Both the position numbers and the translations under genes were made by a program. Source: an uncultured Bacteroidales bacterium (lineage in GTDB: Bacteria > Bacteroidota > Bacteroidia > Bacteroidales > CAIXTV01). Taken from it: 64,000 bases of DNA. Below are positions 56,048 to 64,000 of the stretch, piece by piece. The stretch lies in contig CAZJBB010000002.1 of NCBI GenBank assembly GCA_964543995.1, forward strand, positions 2,757 through 66,756. The letters run 5' to 3'. Each line of letters begins with the position of its first letter. Positions within the stretch are counted from its first letter, which is position 1. Under the pieces are notes generated by a model. The model did not search any database and was not told the DNA's origin. It saw only the letters and a program-made list of their open reading frames with translations.

Positions 56048-56896
56048 CTATTTTGAGTAGGTAATCATTACGTCTTTAGAATGAATACTCAAGACAGGAT
56101 AGGGTGAGTGATTTACCAATTGTTGAGCACTGTTTCCTAAAATAAAACTGTAAACATTTTTTTCCTGCTCAGTCATAATAGAAATCATATTTGCATCTAC
56201 TTTCTTTGTATACTGTATGATATCTTCCGAAATGTTATCAGAATTAATGATTTCAACCTGATGTTTTATGTTTTTTGCCAATAAAGCTTTTTCAACCTGC
56301 GAAACATAAGCTTCGGTTTTTTTTGCAACAGCTTTAATTTTAGAGCTTATGATTCCTAAAATAAAAATTTCAGCATGAAAGTGCTTTGCAATTTCAATAG
56401 TAAAAGGCACCTTTTGGCGTGTTAAGTCAGAATTGTCAATTGGAAGAACAATTCCTTTTAGAGGCTTTCTTACATTAATCCCACCACGAATGGTAAGTAC
56501 CGGACAATGAGATCCGGCAATGATTCTATTGGCATTACTTCCGATAAAAATCTCTTCAAACCCCGAAGCACCATGAGTTCCGGTTACAATCATGAATGCG
56601 TTTTTCTCCTTAGCTTCCGCATCAACCTCTTTAAATACCTTTCCTTCTCTAATTAGGTAGCTCATCTGCTGACCAATTAATTTAGGCTGATATTTTTTTA
56701 GCAATTCTTCAAATCGTTGAATTACAATATTTTCTATTTTTTCGCCTTTGTCTTTAATCAACTCACTACGACTGTTATTGCTTTTTACCCACAGGAGTTC
56801 AATATTATGTTTGGTTTTAATTGCTAAATCAATGGCATGTTCCAAAGAATTGATAGAACATTCAGAAAAGTCAATGGGTACAATAATTTCTTCCAT
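56048..56896 (-). CDS. Universal stress protein, tandem Usp domains
   Basis: IIVPIDFSECS ... MIVTGTHGASG ... SPYPVLSI pattern repeated twice. Confidence 0.8.
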   Translation of the reverse strand: MEEIIVPIDFSECSINSLEHAIDLAIKTKHNIELLWVKSNNSRSELIKDKGEKIENIVIQRFEELLKKYQPKLIGQQMSYLIREGKVFKEVDAEAKEKNAFMIVTGTHGASGFEEIFIGSNANRIIAGSHCPVLTIRGGINVRKPLKGIVLPIDNSDLTRQKVPFTIEIAKHFHAEIFILGIISSKIKAVAKKTEAYVSQVEKALLAKNIKHQVEIINSDNISEDIIQYTKKVDANMISIMTEQEKNVYSFILGNSAQQLVNHSPYPVLSIHSKDVMITYSK

Positions 56897-56981
56897 AAAT
56901 TAAATAAGGTTTGTGGTCAATTTTATAATGAATTTTATTAAATAAACATAAAGATTTGAGTTCGTAAATGTATAAAATATT

Positions 56982-58568
56982 TCAATTTCCTTTCCTGTTA
57001 CTTTGAATTAATTCCGGCATAACAAATTCCTTTTTATAACTTTTTAAGTTTTTCAATAAAAAAACATGTACTTTATCTGCAATTTGATGATTTCGTTCAA
57101 TTAAAATGGTATCCACCGGAATCACCGAATCGAAAATTACTCCATTTAAAACGTCAGGTTTGTGAAAATCGTGTTCTGAACATAAAAAAAATGCATCTTG
57201 TCCAATGGATAGGCCTCCTTTGGTTATATTGGTCCAAGCGTACTTATGAATTTGATCTAAAGATCCCACCAGAATCATGTTTTTGTGGATTTTACGACCC
57301 ACATAGTACTCTTGATTCGCACCCGGAAACCATCGCCACGAAAGCAAGGGAGCATCTGGTAGAATGCGTTTTTGGTCGATTAAACGGGTATGTATGGCCT
57401 CGAATTTTTCTCCTGCTTGTTTCCACCCAAAAAGATCCAGTGTTAAATCGTTTCCGGTTATTTTTTTCGTTTGAAAGATTCCCGTTTTAATTTCGAAATA
57501 ACCAAGAACACTTACCAAGAGTGTAAAAATCAATCCAAGCATTATTGTATTTGGAAATATCAATTTCAACTTCTGAATTTCTTTTTTTTCAGCCAAATAA
57601 GCTGCCGGAAAAAACAATAAACTTACATATCCGGGACAAGCCCAATGAGGAAGTGTACTCCGAAATAGCGAGAAAAAAAGCATTAATCCAACCATGGGAA
57701 GCCCACTTAGTAAAAGAAAAACGGATAGCTGCCTAGGAATAAAATGTCGATTTCTGATAAGTTTATAAAGGGATATTAAAATTAAGAAAAACACAAAGGG
57801 ATTCATATAGATAATTTCACCCAAGAGCTCCGTGCCGAAATAGTTAAACGTTAATCCTCGGCTGAAAAATCCCACCCTTTCGGTTTGGTAAGTAAAACTA
57901 ATGAAATCGAATTTCAAATTCCAATAAATTACCGGTGTAAATACCATAATGGATAATAATATCCCTATCCACAAAGGCATTTTCAAAAGCATTTTTCGAT
58001 TATACATAAATAGAAAAACAACCACAGCCAGCCAAAGAAATACGGCATTATACTTTGAAAGCATGGCCAGTCCGATGACGGCCCCAATCCAAATAAAATA
58101 GGTGTTTTTCAACCCTGAGTTCAGATTTAATTTGATGAACTTTATCATCAACAACAAACAAATCAACCAGAAGAAAATCATGGGTGTATCCGGTAAAATA
58201 AATACGCCGGTGATGATGCTTCCATAAAGTGAGGCAACAAACAATCCGGATGCATATAAACCCGTTAAAGGATTTTTAATCTCGTTGCCAATTTTATAAA
58301 CCAGTAGAATGTTGATACTTCCAAGCATAATGGAGGCCATTCGAATAAAAAGCTCAGAATCAAAATATAGATTTAATGAAAACAGTTGTATTACCCAACC
58401 TACCATGGGTGGGTGGTCGAAATGACTAAAATCAGGGAAAAGGGCATAGGTCCAATAATACACCTCATCGTTGCCTAACTCGAGTGTAGCAGCCAAAAAA
58501 GCTCTGATAAGTGTGGATACAATAATAAGCCACAACAGATAGGTCTTTATTTTTTTATTTTCCGCCAT
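56982..58568 (-). CDS. Glycosyltransferase family 39 (ArnT / dolichyl-phosphate-mannose protein mannosyltransferase-like)
   Basis: N-terminal ELGNDEVYYW...HPPMVGW motif and about 12 TM segments. Confidence 0.8.
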   Translation of the reverse strand: MAENKKIKTYLLWLIIVSTLIRAFLAATLELGNDEVYYWTYALFPDFSHFDHPPMVGWVIQLFSLNLYFDSELFIRMASIMLGSINILLVYKIGNEIKNPLTGLYASGLFVASLYGSIITGVFILPDTPMIFFWLICLLLMIKFIKLNLNSGLKNTYFIWIGAVIGLAMLSKYNAVFLWLAVVVFLFMYNRKMLLKMPLWIGILLSIMVFTPVIYWNLKFDFISFTYQTERVGFFSRGLTFNYFGTELLGEIIYMNPFVFFLILISLYKLIRNRHFIPRQLSVFLLLSGLPMVGLMLFFSLFRSTLPHWACPGYVSLLFFPAAYLAEKKEIQKLKLIFPNTIMLGLIFTLLVSVLGYFEIKTGIFQTKKITGNDLTLDLFGWKQAGEKFEAIHTRLIDQKRILPDAPLLSWRWFPGANQEYYVGRKIHKNMILVGSLDQIHKYAWTNITKGGLSIGQDAFFLCSEHDFHKPDVLNGVIFDSVIPVDTILIERNHQIADKVHVFLLKNLKSYKKEFVMPELIQSNRKGN

Positions 58569-58650
58569 GATGGTATTGATGGTAAGCCATGCAAAATTAA
58601 GAAAACCTCTTAGGCTAGGTTCATTTTATTTTTTTAAAACATATTTTCTC

Positions 58651-58658
58651 TAATTTTG
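58651..58658 (+). promoter_or_regulatory. -7 promoter box TAATTTTG followed by an A10 tract, upstream of mce
   Basis: taattttg, then aaaaaaaaaa (58659..58668), then ca, then the ATG at 58671. Confidence 0.4.
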
Positions 58659-58670
58659 AAAAAAAAAACA

Positions 58671-59081
58671 ATGAACATCTCTCATATAGAACATATAGGA
58701 ATTGCTGTAAATAATCTCGAAGAAAGCATTCAATATTACGAAAAAGTACTAGGATTCACCTGCTATGCCGTGGAGGAAGTTAAAGACCAAAAAGTGAAAA
58801 CCGCCTTTTTTATGGTGGGTCAAACGAAAATTGAGTTATTGGAATCGACTGACCCTGAAGGTCCCATTGGAAAGTTTATTGAGAAAAAAGGAGAAGGAAT
58901 TCACCACTTGGCATTTTGCGTGAAAAATATCGAATCAGCCATTGCTGAGGTTGAATCTAAAGGGATACAACTTATTGATAAAACCCCCCGTAAAGGAGCT
59001 GAAGGACTCGATATATCGTTTCTGCATCCTAAATCCACAAAAGGAGTACTCACCGAACTTTGCGAAAACAAGAACCTTTGA
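58671..59081 (+). CDS. mce: Methylmalonyl-CoA epimerase (VOC/glyoxalase fold)
   Basis: [18 protein letters not shown] ... GEGIHHLAF ... [14 protein letters not shown]. Confidence 0.85.
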   Translation: MNISHIEHIGIAVNNLEESIQYYEKVLGFTCYAVEEVKDQKVKTAFFMVGQTKIELLESTDPEGPIGKFIEKKGEGIHHLAFCVKNIESAIAEVESKGIQLIDKTPRKGAEGLDISFLHPKSTKGVLTELCENKNL

Positions 59082-59102
59082 TTTGGAGTTTTTAGGAGAT
59101 TT

Positions 59103-59798
59103 TCATGAATCATAAAATAAAATACCTCCTACATCTTCTACCATTCCATCGTATAGCTCAATAATTTCAATGGAAGCTTGTTCCGCTAAATTTCTTATTA
59201 AGCTTCCTGAAACATGGTGACGAAGCGAGCCACAAATAAATAATCGGTTATTGTGCAATCCACAGGCTCCACCCCAAAATCCATGCGTAAAACCTTTTAG
59301 AACCACGTCTTGGTCGTTAATTAAATGAACACCATTCTCTGAAACTTTCAATGAGTCATAGATTCCTTTATCTGCCGTTAGAAAGATGTTATTTGGGAAA
59401 GCAATTATATTACATGCAGCATACCCTTGCTCAACATGCAAGTTTGTCAATTTTCGGCAGGCTTGCAGTAAATGGATATCCGTATGTTTTAAATTATGAA
59501 TCAGGTGATTAGAAGTGATTTTAGCATTGTAATATGCCGTTTTGGGATAGGCTAAACCTACCTTTGCTTTACCAAATTGAAATTCAATTTTGTGAAGTTG
59601 AAATTGATACAAGATATGAACCGGCAGATTTGGTGCAACAACAAAGCTTTGGTCAGGTAACTGTGCCATAAAAACATCAGGGTGACCACTGATAGCCAGG
59701 TAAGTTATCCCCACCGATGAAAATTCAATAAGTTCTCCAAACTCAGACAGTTTTTTCTTGACTCGCGCCGAAGCCATTTTATTAACGATAATCCACAT
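59103..59798 (-). CDS. Hypothetical protein coupled to the upstream radical SAM gene
   Basis: The first ATG is at 59798 (the track start 59816 is TTG). Overlaps the radical SAM gene stop by 17 nt. Motifs: GHPDVFMAQL, HGFWGGACGL, and C-terminal VGGILFYDS. Confidence 0.65.
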   Translation of the reverse strand: MWIIVNKMASARVKKKLSEFGELIEFSSVGITYLAISGHPDVFMAQLPDQSFVVAPNLPVHILYQFQLHKIEFQFGKAKVGLAYPKTAYYNAKITSNHLIHNLKHTDIHLLQACRKLTNLHVEQGYAACNIIAFPNNIFLTADKGIYDSLKVSENGVHLINDQDVVLKGFTHGFWGGACGLHNNRLFICGSLRHHVSGSLIRNLAEQASIEIIELYDGMVEDVGGILFYDS

Positions 59799-60783
59799 GG
59801 TAGTTTCTTCCTTCAATTTTAGGATTACTGTTAATGCATGCTTTTTTAAAACGGCTTTGTAATCGTTTTAAATTAGAAGATTGATAACCAATTGCATAGA
59901 CTTTTTCATTGGGAGAAACTTCAATATGAATTTCGTTTTGGTAATGTTGATTTTCAAGCAAATTCTTAAAAATATCTTCCCAAACAGAAGTTTTAACCAG
60001 CTGCCCAAATGCAGGATGATAGGGTTCTTGCAAAACCGATAAATTTTCAGAAAGATGCAATCCGATTCGCAAAATCTTAATTCCTTGAATTTCAAACAAT
60101 AGCATTATAGGCTTAGTTCTTTCAACGGCCTGATGTAAAGACAAAGGAATATAACTGTGATTTCGAATTAAATCGAAAAGAGGGGTGTCTTCGATAGGGA
60201 TTAAAGGATAAATTCTTGTACTTACCGCACCCCATTGACAAATATCTTCAGCGGTCTTCATTTCATTTTCAGGGATTCCCCCCGGAAGTCCAATCATCAT
60301 TTGCATACCAAAGGGAATTTCGGCGGCAGATAATAATTTCACGGCTGACTCAATTTCCTTTAAACCATATCCTCTTTGGCAGTTTTGTAATACCAAAGGA
60401 TTGGTTGATTGTATTCCCAATTCAACTTCAACTACTTTATGTTTTTTCAACAAAGCTACTTTCTCTTTATTCAAATAATCCGGACGAGTGGAAAGTCGGA
60501 TGCCTTGAATGCCTTTGTCAAAAAAAGGTTCTACCGATTCAAGGAATGTAATTTGCTCCTGCAAGGGTAAACCCGTGAAGTTTCCACCAAAAAAAGCCAC
60601 TTCAACGCGGGTTTCATTTACCTTAATGGTGGAAAGATAAGATTCAATGATTGTCTTGATTTCATTTGGCCGAGGAGCATGCAAAGTATCCGTAATTTTA
60701 AACTGATTGCAATACACACAGCGATTAGGACAGGCGACTTCAGGAATAAAAATAGGTATATTTACATGGGTTTTCTTTCCCAT
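59782..60783 (-). CDS. Radical SAM protein, ELP3/COG1243-like core without a GNAT domain
   Basis: IPIFIPEVACPNRCVYCNQ near the N terminus, a GGNFTG-type SAM-binding motif (FFGGNFTGL), TIM-barrel length, 333 aa total. Confidence 0.8.
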   Translation of the reverse strand: MGKKTHVNIPIFIPEVACPNRCVYCNQFKITDTLHAPRPNEIKTIIESYLSTIKVNETRVEVAFFGGNFTGLPLQEQITFLESVEPFFDKGIQGIRLSTRPDYLNKEKVALLKKHKVVEVELGIQSTNPLVLQNCQRGYGLKEIESAVKLLSAAEIPFGMQMMIGLPGGIPENEMKTAEDICQWGAVSTRIYPLIPIEDTPLFDLIRNHSYIPLSLHQAVERTKPIMLLFEIQGIKILRIGLHLSENLSVLQEPYHPAFGQLVKTSVWEDIFKNLLENQHYQNEIHIEVSPNEKVYAIGYQSSNLKRLQSRFKKACINSNPKIEGRNYHVDYR

Positions 60784-60821
60784 TTTATGGCAATTTGTTC
60801 AGAATAGGGTGAATAATAAAA

Positions 60822-61826
60822 TTATTTACCGGAATTTTCTTCAAAAATAACTGTCAATAATGTTTGACCTACTGCTTTTAAAGTGCCTTTATTGATTGTG
60901 GAGATGTTATCATTCAGGGTATGCCAAGTCTTATAGAATCCACTTTGAGTGGAAGCGTCGTGATGAATAATATCGATGGTCGGAATCTTGATAATTTCAT
61001 TGATGTAATAATGGTCGTCTGTCAAAGAAGGCGTTTGTTGGGTATCGAAATAGCTACCATATCCGGCTCTTTCACCGGCTCGCCATACTTTATTTAAGAT
61101 GTCTTGAGCATAATGTCTTGATATGCCATCCTGAGTGAAAACTGCATTTTCGGCACCTACCATATCGAGCAGAATTCCAAAGTTGGCTTTGTAATCTTTT
61201 ACATGTGGATTTTTAGCCCAATATTGAGAACCCAAACACCAAGTATCTTCTTTTCGTGTTTCAACGGTGCTGGGTTCGCCATAATCTTCCACGTCGAAGA
61301 GTACGATATCAACCCCAACAGGGGGAGCATGTTCCTTTAATAACCTGGCAATTTCTACAAGAATTCCCACGCCACTTGCTCCATCATTCGCCCCATCAAT
61401 AGGGGTTTTATGGTTTTTAGGATCGGGGTCTTGATCGGCAAACGGACGGGAATCCCAGTGTGAACACAGCAAAATTCGGAATTTCTTGTCCGGTTGGAAT
61501 GAAGCGATTATGTTTTTGGCTTCCAGTTTGTTTCCATCGTAAGCTGTAGTTTTAAATTCCTGAACATAAACCGCTGAGGTATACTTTTTAAGTGTTTCTG
61601 ATAAATATTTGGCACAAAGGGTTTGTGATTTTGAATTAGGCACTCGAGGGCCAAAATCTACCTGACTTTTAACATACAAAAAGGCAGAATCAGGGTTGAA
61701 GTTTGGGACAAAAACAGAAATGGTGTCCTTTACTACATTAGCGCCTTTTTTCTTATCGTTTTGACAAGAGCTTAATGCAATGGATAAGCTTATTATGCTA
61801 ATTGCAATTACATATATTCTTTTCAT
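60822..61826 (-). CDS. M28 family glutaminyl-peptide cyclotransferase-like lipoprotein
   Basis: Lipobox LSSC|QND. SHWDSRPFADQD, GANDGASGVGILVEIAR and FDVEDYG, as in type II glutaminyl cyclases. Confidence 0.8.
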   Translation of the reverse strand: MKRIYVIAISIISLSIALSSCQNDKKKGANVVKDTISVFVPNFNPDSAFLYVKSQVDFGPRVPNSKSQTLCAKYLSETLKKYTSAVYVQEFKTTAYDGNKLEAKNIIASFQPDKKFRILLCSHWDSRPFADQDPDPKNHKTPIDGANDGASGVGILVEIARLLKEHAPPVGVDIVLFDVEDYGEPSTVETRKEDTWCLGSQYWAKNPHVKDYKANFGILLDMVGAENAVFTQDGISRHYAQDILNKVWRAGERAGYGSYFDTQQTPSLTDDHYYINEIIKIPTIDIIHHDASTQSGFYKTWHTLNDNISTINKGTLKAVGQTLLTVIFEENSGK

Positions 61827-61837
61827 GTTTCAATTTT

Positions 61838-63307
61838 TTATTCGTTCATACTCCACTCGGTACCTTCTTTGGTATCCTTAAGTTTTATGTTTATTTTATC
61901 TAATTCGTTGCGAATTTTATCGGAAGTTGCGAAGTCTTTATTGGCACGGGCATCCATTCTTAGCGAAAGAACCAATTGCATCAAAGGATCAACCAGTTCA
62001 TTTTGTGTATTTTCCGATTCAAAGGACAAGCCCAAGATTTCGAAACAAAAAACATGGAAAATTTCTTTTATTTGAATGATATTATTGGCGTTTAAATTTT
62101 CTTTTCCATCTTTTGCCGAATTGATGATTCTGACACATTCAAATAATTGAGCAATCACCATTGGGCTGCTAAAATCGTCGTTTAAGGATTTGTAGCAATT
62201 TTCTTTTATTTCTTCAATACTATGATTCGCTATTTCTGAAGGTTGAATTTTTTGAAGGGTTTCATAGGCTTGGCTCAAGCGTTTCAAGCCTTTTTCTGCG
62301 GCTAATAAGGCTTCGTTTGAAAAATCGAGGGTGCCTCGGTAGTGCGCTTGTAGGATGAAAAATCGTATGGTCATGGGAGCATACGCTTTTTCCAATAAAG
62401 CATGATTTCCGGTGAAAAATTCTTCAAGGGTGATAAAGTTACCTAGGGATTTTCCCATTTTTTGACCATTGATGGTAATCATATTGTTGTGAAGCCAATA
62501 TCTTACCGACTCTTTACCATTGGCCGCCGTAGATTGAGCAATTTCGCACTCATGGTGTGGAAACATCAAATCCATTCCGCCTCCGTGAATATCAAATTCC
62601 TCACCTAAGTATTTCGCACTCATGGCCGAACACTCGAGGTGCCATCCGGGGAAACCATCGCTCCAAGGAGAAGGCCAGCGCATGATGTGTTCCGGCTGGG
62701 CTTTTTTCCATAAAGCAAAATCATAAGCATTCTGTTTCTCATTTTGGCCATCTAAGTCTCGAGTTGCATTCAGCATTTCGTCGAGTACCCTACCCGATAA
62801 TTTTCCATAAGCATACTGCTCATTGTATTTAACCACATCAAAATACACCGAACCATTGGAAACATAAGCAAAGCCGTGATCTATAATTTTTTGTATCATG
62901 GCTATTTGCTCAATAATATGACCCGAAGCGCGTGGCTCAATACTCGGCCTCAACACATTCAGTTGATCCATAAACCGGTGATATCTATCAGTATAGTACT
63001 GAACAATTTCCATGGGTTCCAATTGTTCTAACCTTGCTTTTTTACCGATTTTATCTTCTCCTTCATCGGCGTCGTTTTCCAAGTGACCAACATCGGTAAT
63101 GTTGCGAACATATCGAACTTTATATTCCAAATGCTTAAAATATCTGAACATGAGATCGAAGGTAATCGCCGGCCGGGCATGCCCTAAGTGAGGGTCACCA
63201 TATACCGTAGGTCCACAAACATAAATTCCAATAAAGGGTGGGTTTATGGGAATAAATAACTCTTTTTTTCGGCTTAGCGTATTATATAAAAACAGTTGGG
63301 TGTTCAT
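61838..63307 (-). CDS. cysS: Cysteine--tRNA ligase
   Basis: HIGH motif (HLGHAR), KMSKS motif (KMGKSLGN) and CGPTVY. Confidence 0.95.
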   Translation of the reverse strand: MNTQLFLYNTLSRKKELFIPINPPFIGIYVCGPTVYGDPHLGHARPAITFDLMFRYFKHLEYKVRYVRNITDVGHLENDADEGEDKIGKKARLEQLEPMEIVQYYTDRYHRFMDQLNVLRPSIEPRASGHIIEQIAMIQKIIDHGFAYVSNGSVYFDVVKYNEQYAYGKLSGRVLDEMLNATRDLDGQNEKQNAYDFALWKKAQPEHIMRWPSPWSDGFPGWHLECSAMSAKYLGEEFDIHGGGMDLMFPHHECEIAQSTAANGKESVRYWLHNNMITINGQKMGKSLGNFITLEEFFTGNHALLEKAYAPMTIRFFILQAHYRGTLDFSNEALLAAEKGLKRLSQAYETLQKIQPSEIANHSIEEIKENCYKSLNDDFSSPMVIAQLFECVRIINSAKDGKENLNANNIIQIKEIFHVFCFEILGLSFESENTQNELVDPLMQLVLSLRMDARANKDFATSDKIRNELDKINIKLKDTKEGTEWSMNE

Positions 63308-63421
63308 CTTTTAGAAATGCAATTAAAAGGCGAAATTACATAAAAAAGTGCAAATGGTATTTCAATTGCATGTATAGTTTTATTAGACATGGAATTGTTA
63401 GGGTGCAAACAGATATTTTTT

Positions 63422-63429
63422 TAATTTTG
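63422..63429 (+). promoter_or_regulatory. -7 promoter box TAATTTTG upstream of the epimerase-fold gene
   Basis: 45 nt upstream of the ATG at 63474. Confidence 0.4.
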
Positions 63430-63473
63430 TTCGCGATAAGCAAGTTAATCTCTTTAATAAAACTCCTGCATTT

Positions 63474-64000
63474 ATGACATTTTCAAAAATTTTACTCACG
63501 GGTTCCGGTGGCCAAATTGGATCGGAGCTTACCCTTGCTCTGAGAGCGATTTATGGCGACAAAAACGTCATTGCTACCGACATCAAAAAACCTTGCAGCG
63601 AAAAAGTTGAAGCTTCCGGTCCTTTTGAGATTTTGGATGTACTCAATAAGGAATCCATTCGGTTTTTAATACAAAAACATCGCGTAGATGCTGTTGTTCA
63701 CCTGGCCGCTATTTTGTCTGCCACCGGAGAACAAAAACCCATGCTGGCGTGGGATGTAAACATCAATGGGATGCTCAATGTATTGGAAGTCGCCCGCGAA
63801 TTGAAACTGAAACAAGTCATGATTCCAAGTTCCATTGCCGCTTTTGGTCCAGGTACTCCCATAGATAACACCCCTCAGGAAACCATTCTTAAGCCCACCA
63901 CGATGTACGGGATTACAAAGGTTGCAGGGGAATTGTTAGGCGACTACTATGTGAATAAATATGGATTGGATGTAAGAGGCCTGCGTTATCCGGGAATTAT
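63474..64000 (+). CDS. NAD-dependent epimerase/dehydratase-fold protein, L-threonine 3-dehydrogenase-like; 3' end outside the window
   Basis: My translation: MTFSKILLTGSGGQIGSEL...VVHLAAILSATGE...TTMYGITKVAGELL (YxxxK). Open to the window end. Confidence 0.8.
   Translation, partial: MTFSKILLTGSGGQIGSELTLALRAIYGDKNVIATDIKKPCSEKVEASGPFEILDVLNKESIRFLIQKHRVDAVVHLAAILSATGEQKPMLAWDVNINGMLNVLEVARELKLKQVMIPSSIAAFGPGTPIDNTPQETILKPTTMYGITKVAGELLGDYYVNKYGLDVRGLRYPGI

Overview
The window reads as a Bacteroidota chromosome segment. Three things support this: several proteins end in T9SS C-terminal sorting domains, TAnnTTTG (-7) promoter boxes sit just upstream of many starts, and most signal peptides are followed by Gln. 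It is AT-rich and densely coded, with about 60 CDS.

Most genes are housekeeping:
- Cell wall: mrdA-rodA, rlpA, an envC-like gene, lgt.
- DNA and nucleotide metabolism: ruvB, thyA-folA, folE-queD.
- RNA modification: queG, a U32 RlhA/TrhP-like gene, mnmD, tsaB, and an Elp3-like radical SAM gene.
- Other: cysS, gpmA, HU, RNase G, a membrane pyrophosphatase, PiT with its DUF47 partner, moaA-moeA, a fused 2-oxoacid dehydrogenase E1, TolC plus a membrane fusion protein, PadR-PspC, and Rrf2 and FNR-like regulators.

I found no rRNA, tRNA, CRISPR array, transposase or integrase.

Two stretches look accessory:
- 1-3330 holds a Fic remnant plus tandem T9SS cargo paralogs.
- 13505-16341 holds degenerate repeats, a T9SS-secreted S1/P1 nuclease, a vapBC cassette and about 350 nt of non-coding DNA.

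I cannot point to one clear novel system. The best candidates for undescribed biology are:
1. An Elp3-type radical SAM core that lacks its acetyltransferase domain and is coupled to an unassignable protein (59103-60783).
2. A translationally coupled HD-MoeA-MoaA operon (24638-27403).
3. An FNR-like regulator with its own operator, divergent from a NifX-like gene and a class V aminotransferase (3475-6246).
4. A strand-specific nested inverted-repeat element (9427-9586).
5. An unannotated bS22-like basic micro-ORF (33693-33782).

All family calls come from reading motifs by eye; no database search was run.
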